DNA of 64,000 nt from Polyangiaceae bacterium (GTDB lineage: Bacteria > Myxococcota_A > Polyangia > Polyangiales > Polyangiaceae). The translations under genes and the position numbers were made by a program. Numbering within the stretch: position 1 is the stretch's first letter; every line of letters starts with the position of its first letter. The stretch lies in contig JBGANF010000005.1 of the NCBI GenBank assembly GCA_044222475.1, positions 78,211-142,210 of the forward strand, in the 5' to 3' direction. Shown here piece after piece: positions 29,811 through 38,029 of the stretch. The notes under the pieces were generated by a model that saw only the letters and a program-made list of their open reading frames with translations, did no database searches and was not told the DNA's origin.

Positions 29811-30203
29811 ATGAGCATCTTCAAGACGCTCGCCGACAAGGCCCGCGCGAAGAAAGAAGAGATGGAGCGCGAGGCCGCCAAGAAGGCGGCCGAGCTCGCG
29901 TTCGAGCAGAGCAAGAAGGCGGCGAAGTCCGCCCTCGAGCGCGCGGGCAAGTCGATCGAGAACGCGCTCTTCGGAGACGACGAGGATGCCCCCGCTTCGG
30001 ACGCGCCGCCGCCTTCGTCGAAGAAGCCGCCGTCGCGCCGGCCGAAGCCCGCGCCGAAGCCCGCGCCGAAGCCCGCGCCGCGCGCAGCTCCCAAGGAAGA
30101 CGAGCGCGCCCTCGCCGCGAAGCGCCGCGCCGAAGACGAGGCCAAGCTCGACAAGCAGGTCGACGACGACCTCGCCGCGCTGAAGCGCAAGCTGAAGAAG
30201 TGA
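29811..30203 (+). CDS. Small charged coiled-coil hypothetical protein
   Basis: Lys/Ala/Glu-rich; C-terminal VDDDLAALKRKL (PspA-tail-like). Confidence 0.75.
   Translation: MSIFKTLADKARAKKEEMEREAAKKAAELAFEQSKKAAKSALERAGKSIENALFGDDEDAPASDAPPPSSKKPPSRRPKPAPKPAPKPAPRAAPKEDERALAAKRRAEDEAKLDKQVDDDLAALKRKLKK
30041..30080 (+). repeat. 12-bp coding tandem repeat (PKPA)x3
   Basis: GCCGAAGCCCGC repeated. Confidence 0.8.
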
Positions 30204-30209
30204 CCCGAC

Positions 30210-31760
30210 ATGGTGGGGGACTTGCTGCACTGGTTCACTGGTCCCTACCTGAAGGACACACAGGCGTCCTTCCGGTGGAAGCGCTGGAACACGACCTGGC
30301 TGTACATCTATCCGCTCGGTGCATTTCTTCACCTCACGTTCATCCCGCTCTTTGCGCTCCTCGGCGTACCAGTCCTCGCGTGGGTGAACGTCGGCAGCAC
30401 GCTAGCGTGGATCATCGGCACGTTCGTCTACCGTGGTGGTCGCCCCCGCCTCGCAGGGCGGATCGCCTTCGTCGAGATCGTGGTGCACGCGGCGGCGTGC
30501 GTGCACCAAATCGGTTGGGAGGCGGGGCTTCAGCACGCGATGTCGTTACTCGCCCTCGGGCTCGCTTCACCTTGGCTCTCGCGCGCAGAGCGAGTGATCC
30601 AGGTCTCGATCGTCATCGGCGCGACCGTCGTCTGTCGCTCGTTCGGTCCACCCGCAGTTCAGCTGAACCATACCGTCGTTCTGGTGATGTCGGGCACGTT
30701 CGCCGTCCTCCTGTTCGTCGTCTTTGTCTTCATGTTTCTCATGATGAACGGTACCGCCGACCGCCTCGAAGCCGAGCTCGCTCGCGAGCGCGCGAAGACC
30801 GAGCAGCTCCTCAAGCAGGAAGTGAAACACCAGGTGGCTGAGCGCTCGCGCGAGCTCGGGTCCGTCCTAGCCGCAACCGAGGGACCCGTTGGCACGACCC
30901 CACTCACACCCGGGGAGCGATTCGCTGCACGCTACAAAGTCGTACGCACGCTCGGCGCCGGCGGCATGGGCGCGGTCTACGAGGTCGAGCGGCTCACCGA
31001 CGGTCAACGCCTGGCGTTGAAGGTCGTACCGCGAGAGGTGACGGGTACCGCCGCCGCGCGGTTCGCGCGCGAAGCCGAGATTGGGGCGCGAGTGCACCAC
31101 GAGAACCTCGTCTCGATCGTCGACGTAGGTGTGTCGCCGCAAGGCGCGGTATTCCTAGCGATGGAGCTCGTGGACGGTGGCTCGCTCGAGGAGTGCCGCG
31201 CTCGATTCGGGCAGGCCGCGTGGGCGGTGCCGATCCTGCGTCAAGTCGCGGCCGGTGTCGCCGCCCTCCACGGGGCGGGCGTCGTGCACCGCGACTTGAA
31301 ACCGGGCAATGTTCTCCTGTCCGGTTCAGCAGACGCTCCGACCGCGCGGATCTCGGACTTCGGGATCTCCCGCTTCGGCGCCATCGACGACTCGGTGAAC
31401 CCGAACGCGGCCACCATCGACGTCGCCAAAGCGGCGACCGCAGCCGGGCTCACGGGGACGAACGCGCTGCTCGGGACTCCGCTCTACATGGCACCGGAGG
31501 CGGCGCGCGGGGGCCGCGAAGTGGACACTCCGGCGGACGTGTTTGCGTTCGGGATCCTCGCGTACGAGCTCCTCACCGGGAGCTCCCCATTCGCGATGCC
31601 TCCCGTCCTCCTCGCGATGGCCGGGCAGCCCATCATCGCGCCGGCAGCGATCGACGGCGAGATCTCCGAAGCGGTTCGATCGATCGTGCTCCGCTGCCTC
31701 GAGGTCGACTCGAAGGCCAGGCCGCGAATCCAGGACGTGATCACCGCGTTCGGCGTGTGA
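30210..31760 (+). CDS. Ser/Thr protein kinase with N-terminal multi-TM domain
   Basis: LGAGGMGAVY, ALK, HRDLKPGN, DFG, GTPLYMAPE, DVFAFG; about 5-6 TM helices and a coiled coil before the kinase. Confidence 0.92.
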   Translation: MVGDLLHWFTGPYLKDTQASFRWKRWNTTWLYIYPLGAFLHLTFIPLFALLGVPVLAWVNVGSTLAWIIGTFVYRGGRPRLAGRIAFVEIVVHAAACVHQIGWEAGLQHAMSLLALGLASPWLSRAERVIQVSIVIGATVVCRSFGPPAVQLNHTVVLVMSGTFAVLLFVVFVFMFLMMNGTADRLEAELARERAKTEQLLKQEVKHQVAERSRELGSVLAATEGPVGTTPLTPGERFAARYKVVRTLGAGGMGAVYEVERLTDGQRLALKVVPREVTGTAAARFAREAEIGARVHHENLVSIVDVGVSPQGAVFLAMELVDGGSLEECRARFGQAAWAVPILRQVAAGVAALHGAGVVHRDLKPGNVLLSGSADAPTARISDFGISRFGAIDDSVNPNAATIDVAKAATAAGLTGTNALLGTPLYMAPEAARGGREVDTPADVFAFGILAYELLTGSSPFAMPPVLLAMAGQPIIAPAAIDGEISEAVRSIVLRCLEVDSKARPRIQDVITAFGV

Positions 31761-31802
31761 CGAACCCTCCGTCCGGTTTGCTCTTCGCTCCCCGTCGGTG
31801 AC

Positions 31803-31823
31803 TAAGAGTCTTCTTGACTCTAT
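31803..31823. promoter_or_regulatory. NrtR-type operator (GT-N7-AC palindrome)
   Basis: TAAGAGTC-TTCTT-GACTCTAT, AT-rich, 20 nt upstream of the PARG-like gene. Confidence 0.65.
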
Positions 31824-31843
31824 ATCGAAGAAGTACGGAACCC

Positions 31844-32650
31844 ATGAAACGAAGCACCCTGGCCGCCCTCGGACGAGAGGCGGTCGAAATCATGAAGCGC
31901 GGCACGTACCGCGCCCCCTCCGGCGTCGAAGTGAGCATCGCCGACGCGCAAGCCCGCGCCGTCGCCGCGACGCGCGAGTACCGGCCGACCGACGGCGACC
32001 TCCGCGAGCCGCGGCGCGACCGCTCCACGCGCTTCGAGGTCACCCCGGAGACGACGCTCGAAGCCGCGGCGCGCCTCGCGTCGACACGGCCGCTCGCGCT
32101 CAACTTCGCGTCGGCGACCAAGCCCGGCGGCGGCTTCCTCGGCGGCGCGCAGGCGCAGGAGGAGTCCATCGCGCGCTCGTCGAGCCTCTACGCGGCCATC
32201 GTCGATCGCGAGATGCACCGCCACCACAGCCACCCGCGCAACCCGATGTACACGAGCTGGGCCATCACCTCGCCCGACGTGCCCGTGTTCCGCAAGGACG
32301 ACGGCACGCTCCTCGAGCGGCCGTACGCCACCTCGTTCCTCACGTGCGCCGCGGTGAACGCCGGTGTCGTGCTCGCGCGCGATCCGAGCCGAAAGTCGGA
32401 GATCATGCGCGCGATGCGCGAGCGCATCCGGCGCATCCTCGCGATCGCCGCCCACGAGGACTACGCGACGCTGATCCTCGGCGCCTGGGGCTGCGGCGTC
32501 TTCCGCAACGACACCGAAGACATCGCGCTCGCGTTCCGCGAAGCGCTCGACGGTCCGTTCGCGGGCGCGTTCGAGCGCGTCGTGTTCGCCGTGTACGACA
32601 CGTCGACCGAGCTGCGCTTCCGCGGCCCGTTCGTGCGCCGCTTCGCCTGA
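31844..32650 (+). CDS. TIGR02452-family macrodomain protein (bacterial PARG / ADP-ribosylhydrolase)
   Basis: LNFASATKPGGGFLGGAQAQEESIARSS, SPDVPVFR, LILGAWGCGVFRND. Confidence 0.92.
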   Translation: MKRSTLAALGREAVEIMKRGTYRAPSGVEVSIADAQARAVAATREYRPTDGDLREPRRDRSTRFEVTPETTLEAAARLASTRPLALNFASATKPGGGFLGGAQAQEESIARSSSLYAAIVDREMHRHHSHPRNPMYTSWAITSPDVPVFRKDDGTLLERPYATSFLTCAAVNAGVVLARDPSRKSEIMRAMRERIRRILAIAAHEDYATLILGAWGCGVFRNDTEDIALAFREALDGPFAGAFERVVFAVYDTSTELRFRGPFVRRFA

Positions 32651-32730
32651 GCGGCGCAACGCGTGCAGGGCGACGCATCGTTCGCGCACGCCTCGAAGGC
32701 CACGCTTCTCGTTCCGCGTCATCGCCAGCG

Positions 32731-32746
32731 TGGCACGAGCGCTGCA
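32731..32746 (+). promoter_or_regulatory. sigma54 -24/-12 promoter
   Basis: TGGCACG-AGCG-CTGCA, near consensus. Confidence 0.65.
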
Positions 32747-32759
32747 GTACGGACGTCTC

Positions 32760-33032
32760 ATGCACACCGGACCGATCTGCCAGAGCTGCTCGATGCCGCT
32801 CGGCACCGCCACCGACTTCGGGACCGACGAACAGGGCGTTCGCGTGAACGAGTACTGTCACCACTGCTACCGCGATGGTCGCTTCACCGATCCGGCGATG
32901 TCGATCGAGCAGATGGTCGACCGACTCGCCGAGATGAGCGGCGCGATGAACATGGATCCCGCGTCCGCCCGCGCCTTGGCGAAGAAGACGCTGCCCACGC
33001 TTCGTCGCTGGCGCGTGCCGGCGAACGGCTGA
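32760..33032 (+). CDS. Zinc-ribbon protein (Zn_ribbon_2-like)
   Basis: CQSCSMPL...EYCHHCYRDGRFT...LPTLRRW. Confidence 0.85.
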   Translation: MHTGPICQSCSMPLGTATDFGTDEQGVRVNEYCHHCYRDGRFTDPAMSIEQMVDRLAEMSGAMNMDPASARALAKKTLPTLRRWRVPANG

Positions 33033-33056
33033 CGCCACCCGTGCTACGGTGCCGCC

Positions 33057-33554
33057 GTGCTCGAGACGGTGCATTGGCCGATCGATGGCTCCGCGACGTT
33101 TCCCTCGCGATGCTTGCTGTGTGACCGCGAGTACACCGTCGACCCCGAGCACGTCTCCGAGATGACGCGGAAGCTCGGTCGGCTCCTCGTCCGCCTGCGA
33201 TGTCCCGTGTGCCCGCGCTGCGAAGCGCTGCGCCGAAAGCGCCGCGTCCTCTGGGTCGTCGCGTTCCTCGCGTACACCGGGATGAGCGTCGGCACGATCA
33301 GCCTCCTCCAGAGGAGCGGCTTCGGCGAGACGCACGGGTCCGTCCTCTTCTGGGTCACGTGCCTCTTCGTCGGCACCTGCTTCGGCTGGTTCATCCGAGA
33401 GGAGGCGATCTTCCTCCGTCGGTACACGCGGATCTGGATTCACGCCTTGGGCAAGCCGGGGAAGACGCTGATCCTCGCGAGCGAAGACGCGAAGCTGATC
33501 GCCGAGCTCCGCGAGATCGTCGACCATCACTCCGACGGTCGGCCCGCGCCGTAG
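33057..33554 (+). CDS. Hypothetical membrane protein with CxxC pairs
   Basis: CLLC, CPRC, two TM helices; extended -10 TGCTACGGT 6 nt before GTG. Confidence 0.6.
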   Translation: MLETVHWPIDGSATFPSRCLLCDREYTVDPEHVSEMTRKLGRLLVRLRCPVCPRCEALRRKRRVLWVVAFLAYTGMSVGTISLLQRSGFGETHGSVLFWVTCLFVGTCFGWFIREEAIFLRRYTRIWIHALGKPGKTLILASEDAKLIAELREIVDHHSDGRPAP

Positions 33555-34141
33555 CGCACGTCCCGCGACCACTCGAGCACCCGGTGGAACGTCTGCGCCG
33601 CGAAGCTCGCGTAGGCCGACGCGTTGTGGAGCTGCTGCTCCGGCGTCATGTCGTCGAAGCGCGGGTCCCACTCGGACAGGTGAATCTCCGGCTCTCCCGA
33701 GCGCCCGTCGAAGATGTGCACGCTCTCGTGGATGACCATCGCGGCGCGACACTTGGGGCCGTAGCCGCGCTTCGTCACCGGATCGAACGGCGCGAACCTC
33801 GGTGTAAAGTACACACGATCGCCGCCGATGGCGTAGGCCGGCGGAATGTCGGCCCCCGGCGCCGGGCGAAACAGCGCCATCGCGTCGCGCTCCGACACGT
33901 CGGCGAAGAAGACGTGGCTCCGGTCGAGCACGCGCCGAATCTCGCCGTACGCGGACCGAATCCACACCAGGTGCGACGCGTGCTCCGACGCGTCGAGCCG
34001 CCCGAACGCGAAGTTCGTGGCGAGCGCAGCCTCGGTGAGCGCGTCCGTCGGCCGACCAAGCGCCGCCTCGGCGGCTCCGATCCACGCGAGCGCCATCGGC
34101 TTTCCGTCGATCTCGGCGAGCTCTCGAGGGGTCAGACCCAT
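33527..34141 (-). CDS. HExxH zinc metallopeptidase, M35/aspzincin-like
   Basis: AMVIHESVH and LHNASAYA (cf. M35 NADSY). Confidence 0.65.
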   Translation of the reverse strand: MGLTPRELAEIDGKPMALAWIGAAEAALGRPTDALTEAALATNFAFGRLDASEHASHLVWIRSAYGEIRRVLDRSHVFFADVSERDAMALFRPAPGADIPPAYAIGGDRVYFTPRFAPFDPVTKRGYGPKCRAAMVIHESVHIFDGRSGEPEIHLSEWDPRFDDMTPEQQLHNASAYASFAAQTFHRVLEWSRDVRYGAGRPSE

Positions 34142-34215
34142 GCCCAAGGACTACGCGGAGGTGGGGCATTCTGCCAACTGGTCGGCGCTGGCCGCGATGC
34201 TAGTGTCCGCGCGCC

Positions 34216-35235
34216 ATGCGCCGCACCCCTCTCCTCTTCTCGTCCCTCCTCCTCCTCGTCGTCGCCTGTGGTGACGCCGGGAGCTCGACCGAACCCGACG
34301 CGAGCGGCACGCCCGACGCCAACAAGGCCGACACCGGTGGCAACAAGGACGCCGCCGTGACCGACTCGTCGGCGACCGACTCGTCGACGACCGACTCGTC
34401 CACCCCGGACGGCGGCGCACCGCTCACCATCTTCACGATCCTCTTCGAAAACCACGACTACAAAGAGGTCGTCGGCTCGCCGAACGCGCCGTACTTCAAC
34501 AGCCTCATCGCGACCTACGGCCTCGCGACGAACTACCACGACTCGGGTACACACCCGTCGCTCCCCAACTACCTCGTCCTCGCGAGCGGCGACCCGCAGT
34601 ACATCGGCGTCATCGACCTCGACCCGACGACCTTCCCCTTCCCGAAGAAGGCGGCGAACCTCGGGACCCAGCTCCAGGCGAAGGGCATCAAGTGGCGCTC
34701 CTACCAAGAGAGCATGGGCACCGCGTGCAAGCTCAGCGGCTCCGGCACCTACGCCCCGAAGCACGATCCCTTCCTCTACTTCGACGACATGCAGAACGGC
34801 GCGAACGGTCTCTGCGCGGCGACCAACGTCGACTACTCGCAGTTCGCGGCCGATCTCGCGGGCGGGACCTACCGCTTCATGTGGATCACGCCGAACCTCA
34901 CGAACGACGGCCACGATCCCGCGAACGATCCGGTCGCGGCCATCAAGCAATCCGACGCGTGGGCGAAGACCAACGTCGACCTGATCCTCCAGAGCGCCGC
35001 CTTCAAGGCGAACGGCATCCTCTTCATCACGTGGGACGAGGCCGAGGGTCGCAACGGCGACTCGACGTCGCAGATCCCGATGATCATCGTCTCGCCGAAC
35101 ATCAAGTCGGCCGGCTACAAGTCCGCGGTGAAGTACGGGCACAAGAGCTGGCTCGCCACCGTCGAGGATCTCCTCGGCCTCCCGCGCCTCGCGACGGTGA
35201 CGAACGAGCCGGCGATGACCGAGTTCTTCAAGTAG
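34216..35235 (+). CDS. Phosphoesterase/acid phosphatase family lipoprotein
   Basis: ILFENH, HPSLPNY, YAPKHDPF, PNLTNDGHD, ITWDE; TDSS repeats in the linker. Confidence 0.9.
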   Translation: MRRTPLLFSSLLLLVVACGDAGSSTEPDASGTPDANKADTGGNKDAAVTDSSATDSSTTDSSTPDGGAPLTIFTILFENHDYKEVVGSPNAPYFNSLIATYGLATNYHDSGTHPSLPNYLVLASGDPQYIGVIDLDPTTFPFPKKAANLGTQLQAKGIKWRSYQESMGTACKLSGSGTYAPKHDPFLYFDDMQNGANGLCAATNVDYSQFAADLAGGTYRFMWITPNLTNDGHDPANDPVAAIKQSDAWAKTNVDLILQSAAFKANGILFITWDEAEGRNGDSTSQIPMIIVSPNIKSAGYKSAVKYGHKSWLATVEDLLGLPRLATVTNEPAMTEFFK

Positions 35236-35269
35236 CCAAGCGCTCGACCCCGGCGCGTGTTTCACGCTC

Positions 35270-36211
35270 ATGCGCCGGCTCGCCCTCGTGCTCCTGGTGC
35301 TCGGCTGCGGGTCTCCGCCTGCGCCGAAGCCCGAGCCTCCGACGCACGTCACGACGAGCGACGCCACCGAGCCTCCGGTCGACGCCGGCATCGACGTCGC
35401 GCCGCCGGCTCCGCCACCCTACGATCTCGTCGCCGATCGAGCGCGCATCGTCGACGTCGCTCGCGACGAGCTCGGCGCGTCGGTGCCGGCGACGGTCGTG
35501 CAAGACGCCTTCGTGCTGGTCGCCGCGCCCGGATGGATCGAAGCGGCGCTTCAAGCCAGCAAGTCCCTCGCGACGCGCGCCATCGACGCGTACTTCAACG
35601 GCCGGTTCGACAAGCGCCCCGCTCGCGCCGTGGGCGTGTACCTCTTCCCCGACGGGAAGACGTACCAGGCGTACTGCCGCGCTCGACTCGGCGGCGACTG
35701 CCCGTCGGTCTTCGGGTTCTACCGGCCCGACCTCCGCCGCATCATCATGAACGCCGGCCCCGGCCTCGGCACGCTGACGCACGAGCTCGTTCACCCGATC
35801 GTGGAGGCGGACTTCCCCGGAGCGCCCACGTGGATCGACGAGGGCCTCGCGTCCCTCTTCGAGGCGCCGGTCATCCCGCGCGAGGGCGAGATCCACGGCA
35901 TGAAGAACTGGCGACTTCCACGGCTCCTCACCGGGATGAACGCCGCGAAGGAGCAATCGAGCGCTCGGCTCGACGCGCTCTTCGGCATGGCGAACGAGAC
36001 GTTTCGCGACGACCTCGAGAAGTTGCACTATGCAACTGCTCGCTACGTGTGCCAGTGGCTCGACGAGCGCGGGCTGCTCTGGCCGTTCTACCGGCAGTGG
36101 CGCGACGGCGTGAAAGACGACCCGACCGGAGAGAAGACGTTCACGAAGGTCGTCGGCATGACGCCCGCGCAGGCGAACGTCCCCTGGACCGCGTGGGTGA
36201 AGAAGCTCTGA
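35270..36211 (+). CDS. Lipoprotein with gluzincin (peptidase MA/DUF1570-like) domain
   Basis: LGC lipobox; TLTHELVH...WIDEGLASLFE. Confidence 0.8.
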   Translation: MRRLALVLLVLGCGSPPAPKPEPPTHVTTSDATEPPVDAGIDVAPPAPPPYDLVADRARIVDVARDELGASVPATVVQDAFVLVAAPGWIEAALQASKSLATRAIDAYFNGRFDKRPARAVGVYLFPDGKTYQAYCRARLGGDCPSVFGFYRPDLRRIIMNAGPGLGTLTHELVHPIVEADFPGAPTWIDEGLASLFEAPVIPREGEIHGMKNWRLPRLLTGMNAAKEQSSARLDALFGMANETFRDDLEKLHYATARYVCQWLDERGLLWPFYRQWRDGVKDDPTGEKTFTKVVGMTPAQANVPWTAWVKKL

Positions 36212-36214
36212 CGT

Positions 36215-36517
36215 TCACCGGGTGACCTTCGAGCTCCCGGGCGGACACGTACCGTCGGGGTTGGTCTTCCGGTACGCCGCGTCGATCGCGTCGCCGATGC
36301 ACGCGAAGCCGACCGCCGGGCATGTGGTGCCTTCGGTGAACGTCCAGCGCGACGCGGTGTCCAAGCCGAGCGCGCACTCCTGCTTCGTCAGGTCGTCGCG
36401 GCAATGCGGCGCCATGCCCGGCGTGGGCGACCACTCGCACGCGCCATGCCGCTCGCGGTGGCAGGAAGCGGCGAACGCGACGAGCAGGGCCGTGACGATG
36501 ATGCCTGCGCGCAGCAT
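36215..36517 (-). CDS. Small Cys-rich lipoprotein
   Basis: AASC lipobox, six further Cys; TAGGAT 6 nt upstream. Confidence 0.65.
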   Translation of the reverse strand: MLRAGIIVTALLVAFAASCHRERHGACEWSPTPGMAPHCRDDLTKQECALGLDTASRWTFTEGTTCPAVGFACIGDAIDAAYRKTNPDGTCPPGSSKVTR

Positions 36518-36609
36518 GACGCCATCCTAACGATTGATGCCCTTCGAGCAACAGTGTGACCCGGCGGGTGGGACTGTCGGAGCGCGCGCGGCAGGTGCAC
36601 ATTGGTGCC

Positions 36610-37410
36610 ATGACGAACCGAATGCCCGTGGCCTACATCCCCCACGGCGGCGGCCCTTGGCCGTTCGTCGACATGGGGTTGCCGCGAAACGAAGTCGACG
36701 CCCTCGCGAAGTACCTGCGCGATCTCGCCTCGCTCCCGAAGACCCCGCCGAAGGCGCTGCTCGTGGTGTCGGCGCACTGGGAAGAGTCGACGCCGACGGT
36801 GATGACCTCGGCGAGCCCGCCCGTCTTCTACGACTACTACGGGTTTCCCCCCGCCTCGTACGAGATCACGTGGCCTGCGCCGGGCGATCCGGCGCTCGCC
36901 GCCCGCGTGCGCTCGCTCCTCGAAGCTGCCGGCTTCTCGACGGCCGAGGACCCGAAGCGCGGCTTCGATCACGGCACGTTCATCCCGCTCAAGCTCACCT
37001 ACCCCGACGCGAACGTGCCGACGGTCCAGCTTTCGCTGAAGAAGGGCCTCGATCCGAAGGAGCACCTCGCGATCGGACGGGCGCTCGCGCCGCTGCGCGA
37101 CGAGGGCGTCTTCATCGTGGGCAGCGGGTCGAGCTACCACAACATGCGCGGCTTCGGAGACCCGCGCGCCACTGGCAGCGCCGAGGCGTTCGATGCGTGG
37201 CTCCGCGAGACGGTCGCCGCGACCTCGGACGAGCGCGACCGTCGCCTCGCCGACTGGGTGAAGGCCCCGGCCGCGCGGCAAGTCCACCCACGCGAAGAGC
37301 ACCTGCTCCCGCTGATGGTCGTCGCCGGAGCGGCGGGTAAAGACCCCGGCGCGATCGGCTACGGCGGCACCTTCATGGGACTCAAGCTGTCGGCGGTTCA
37401 CTTCGCCTGA
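36610..37410 (+). CDS. Extradiol ring-cleavage dioxygenase, LigB/YgiD (DODA) family
   Basis: HGGGP, SAHW, YDYYGFP, RGFDHG, GSGSSYHN, HPREEHLLPL. Confidence 0.92.
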   Translation: MTNRMPVAYIPHGGGPWPFVDMGLPRNEVDALAKYLRDLASLPKTPPKALLVVSAHWEESTPTVMTSASPPVFYDYYGFPPASYEITWPAPGDPALAARVRSLLEAAGFSTAEDPKRGFDHGTFIPLKLTYPDANVPTVQLSLKKGLDPKEHLAIGRALAPLRDEGVFIVGSGSSYHNMRGFGDPRATGSAEAFDAWLRETVAATSDERDRRLADWVKAPAARQVHPREEHLLPLMVVAGAAGKDPGAIGYGGTFMGLKLSAVHFA

Positions 37411-37432
37411 TCCGAAGTGGTATGAGCGTCTC

Positions 37433-38029
37433 GTGCGCTCTTTCGTCGTCGTCGGTCAAACCGCCAGCGCCTCGGACGACTTCCTCCTCGACGACATCCC
37501 GGGGACGAGCGGACGGCTCGACGTGCTCGCGCGTTGCATCCGCGCGACGCTCCTCGTTTCCCACGGCGTTCGCCGGGACACGCGCTTGTACCTGGTGCTC
37601 CTCGGCGGCGCCCGGGCGCCGCGCACCGTTCGCTTCGAGGGAGACCGAGCCACGTTCTTGCGGCCGGACGAGCGCTCGCTCGCCGTCCTCCTGAAGAAGG
37701 TCCTCGCCGAAGCGACCGACAGCGGACCGACGTTCGATCATCTCCGTCAGGGCATCTCCGTGGCGCGAGGCGGCGTCGAGGTCGTCCTCCCCGATCTCGG
37801 CTCGGCCAAGCGGTACGTCCTCGACGAGAGCGCACCCGACGTTCGCGAGGCTGTCCCATCTTGGGACAACGACGTCGCATTCCTTCTCGGCGACCACCGC
37901 GGGCTCGACGAGGCGTCCCGCGCCGCGTTCGGCGATGCAACGCCGATCCGCGTCGGTCCCTTGAGTCTCCACACCGAGGACGCGATCGTGCTCGTCGCGA
38001 ACGAGCTCGATCGCGCGGGTGCTCGATGA
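37433..38029 (+). CDS. trmY: TrmY-like SPOUT methyltransferase (tRNA pseudouridine54-N1 MTase family)
   Basis: FLLDDIPGTSGRLDVLARC, SHGVRRD, LRPDERS, FLLGDHRG, GPLSLH, NELDR. Confidence 0.85.
   Translation: MRSFVVVGQTASASDDFLLDDIPGTSGRLDVLARCIRATLLVSHGVRRDTRLYLVLLGGARAPRTVRFEGDRATFLRPDERSLAVLLKKVLAEATDSGPTFDHLRQGISVARGGVEVVLPDLGSAKRYVLDESAPDVREAVPSWDNDVAFLLGDHRGLDEASRAAFGDATPIRVGPLSLHTEDAIVLVANELDRAGAR

Noticed and set aside
34355..34405. 15-bp tandem repeat (ACCGACTCGTCG...)
   Set aside because: Encodes the TDSSA/TDSST linker in the phosphoesterase; a coding low-complexity repeat, not a DNA element.
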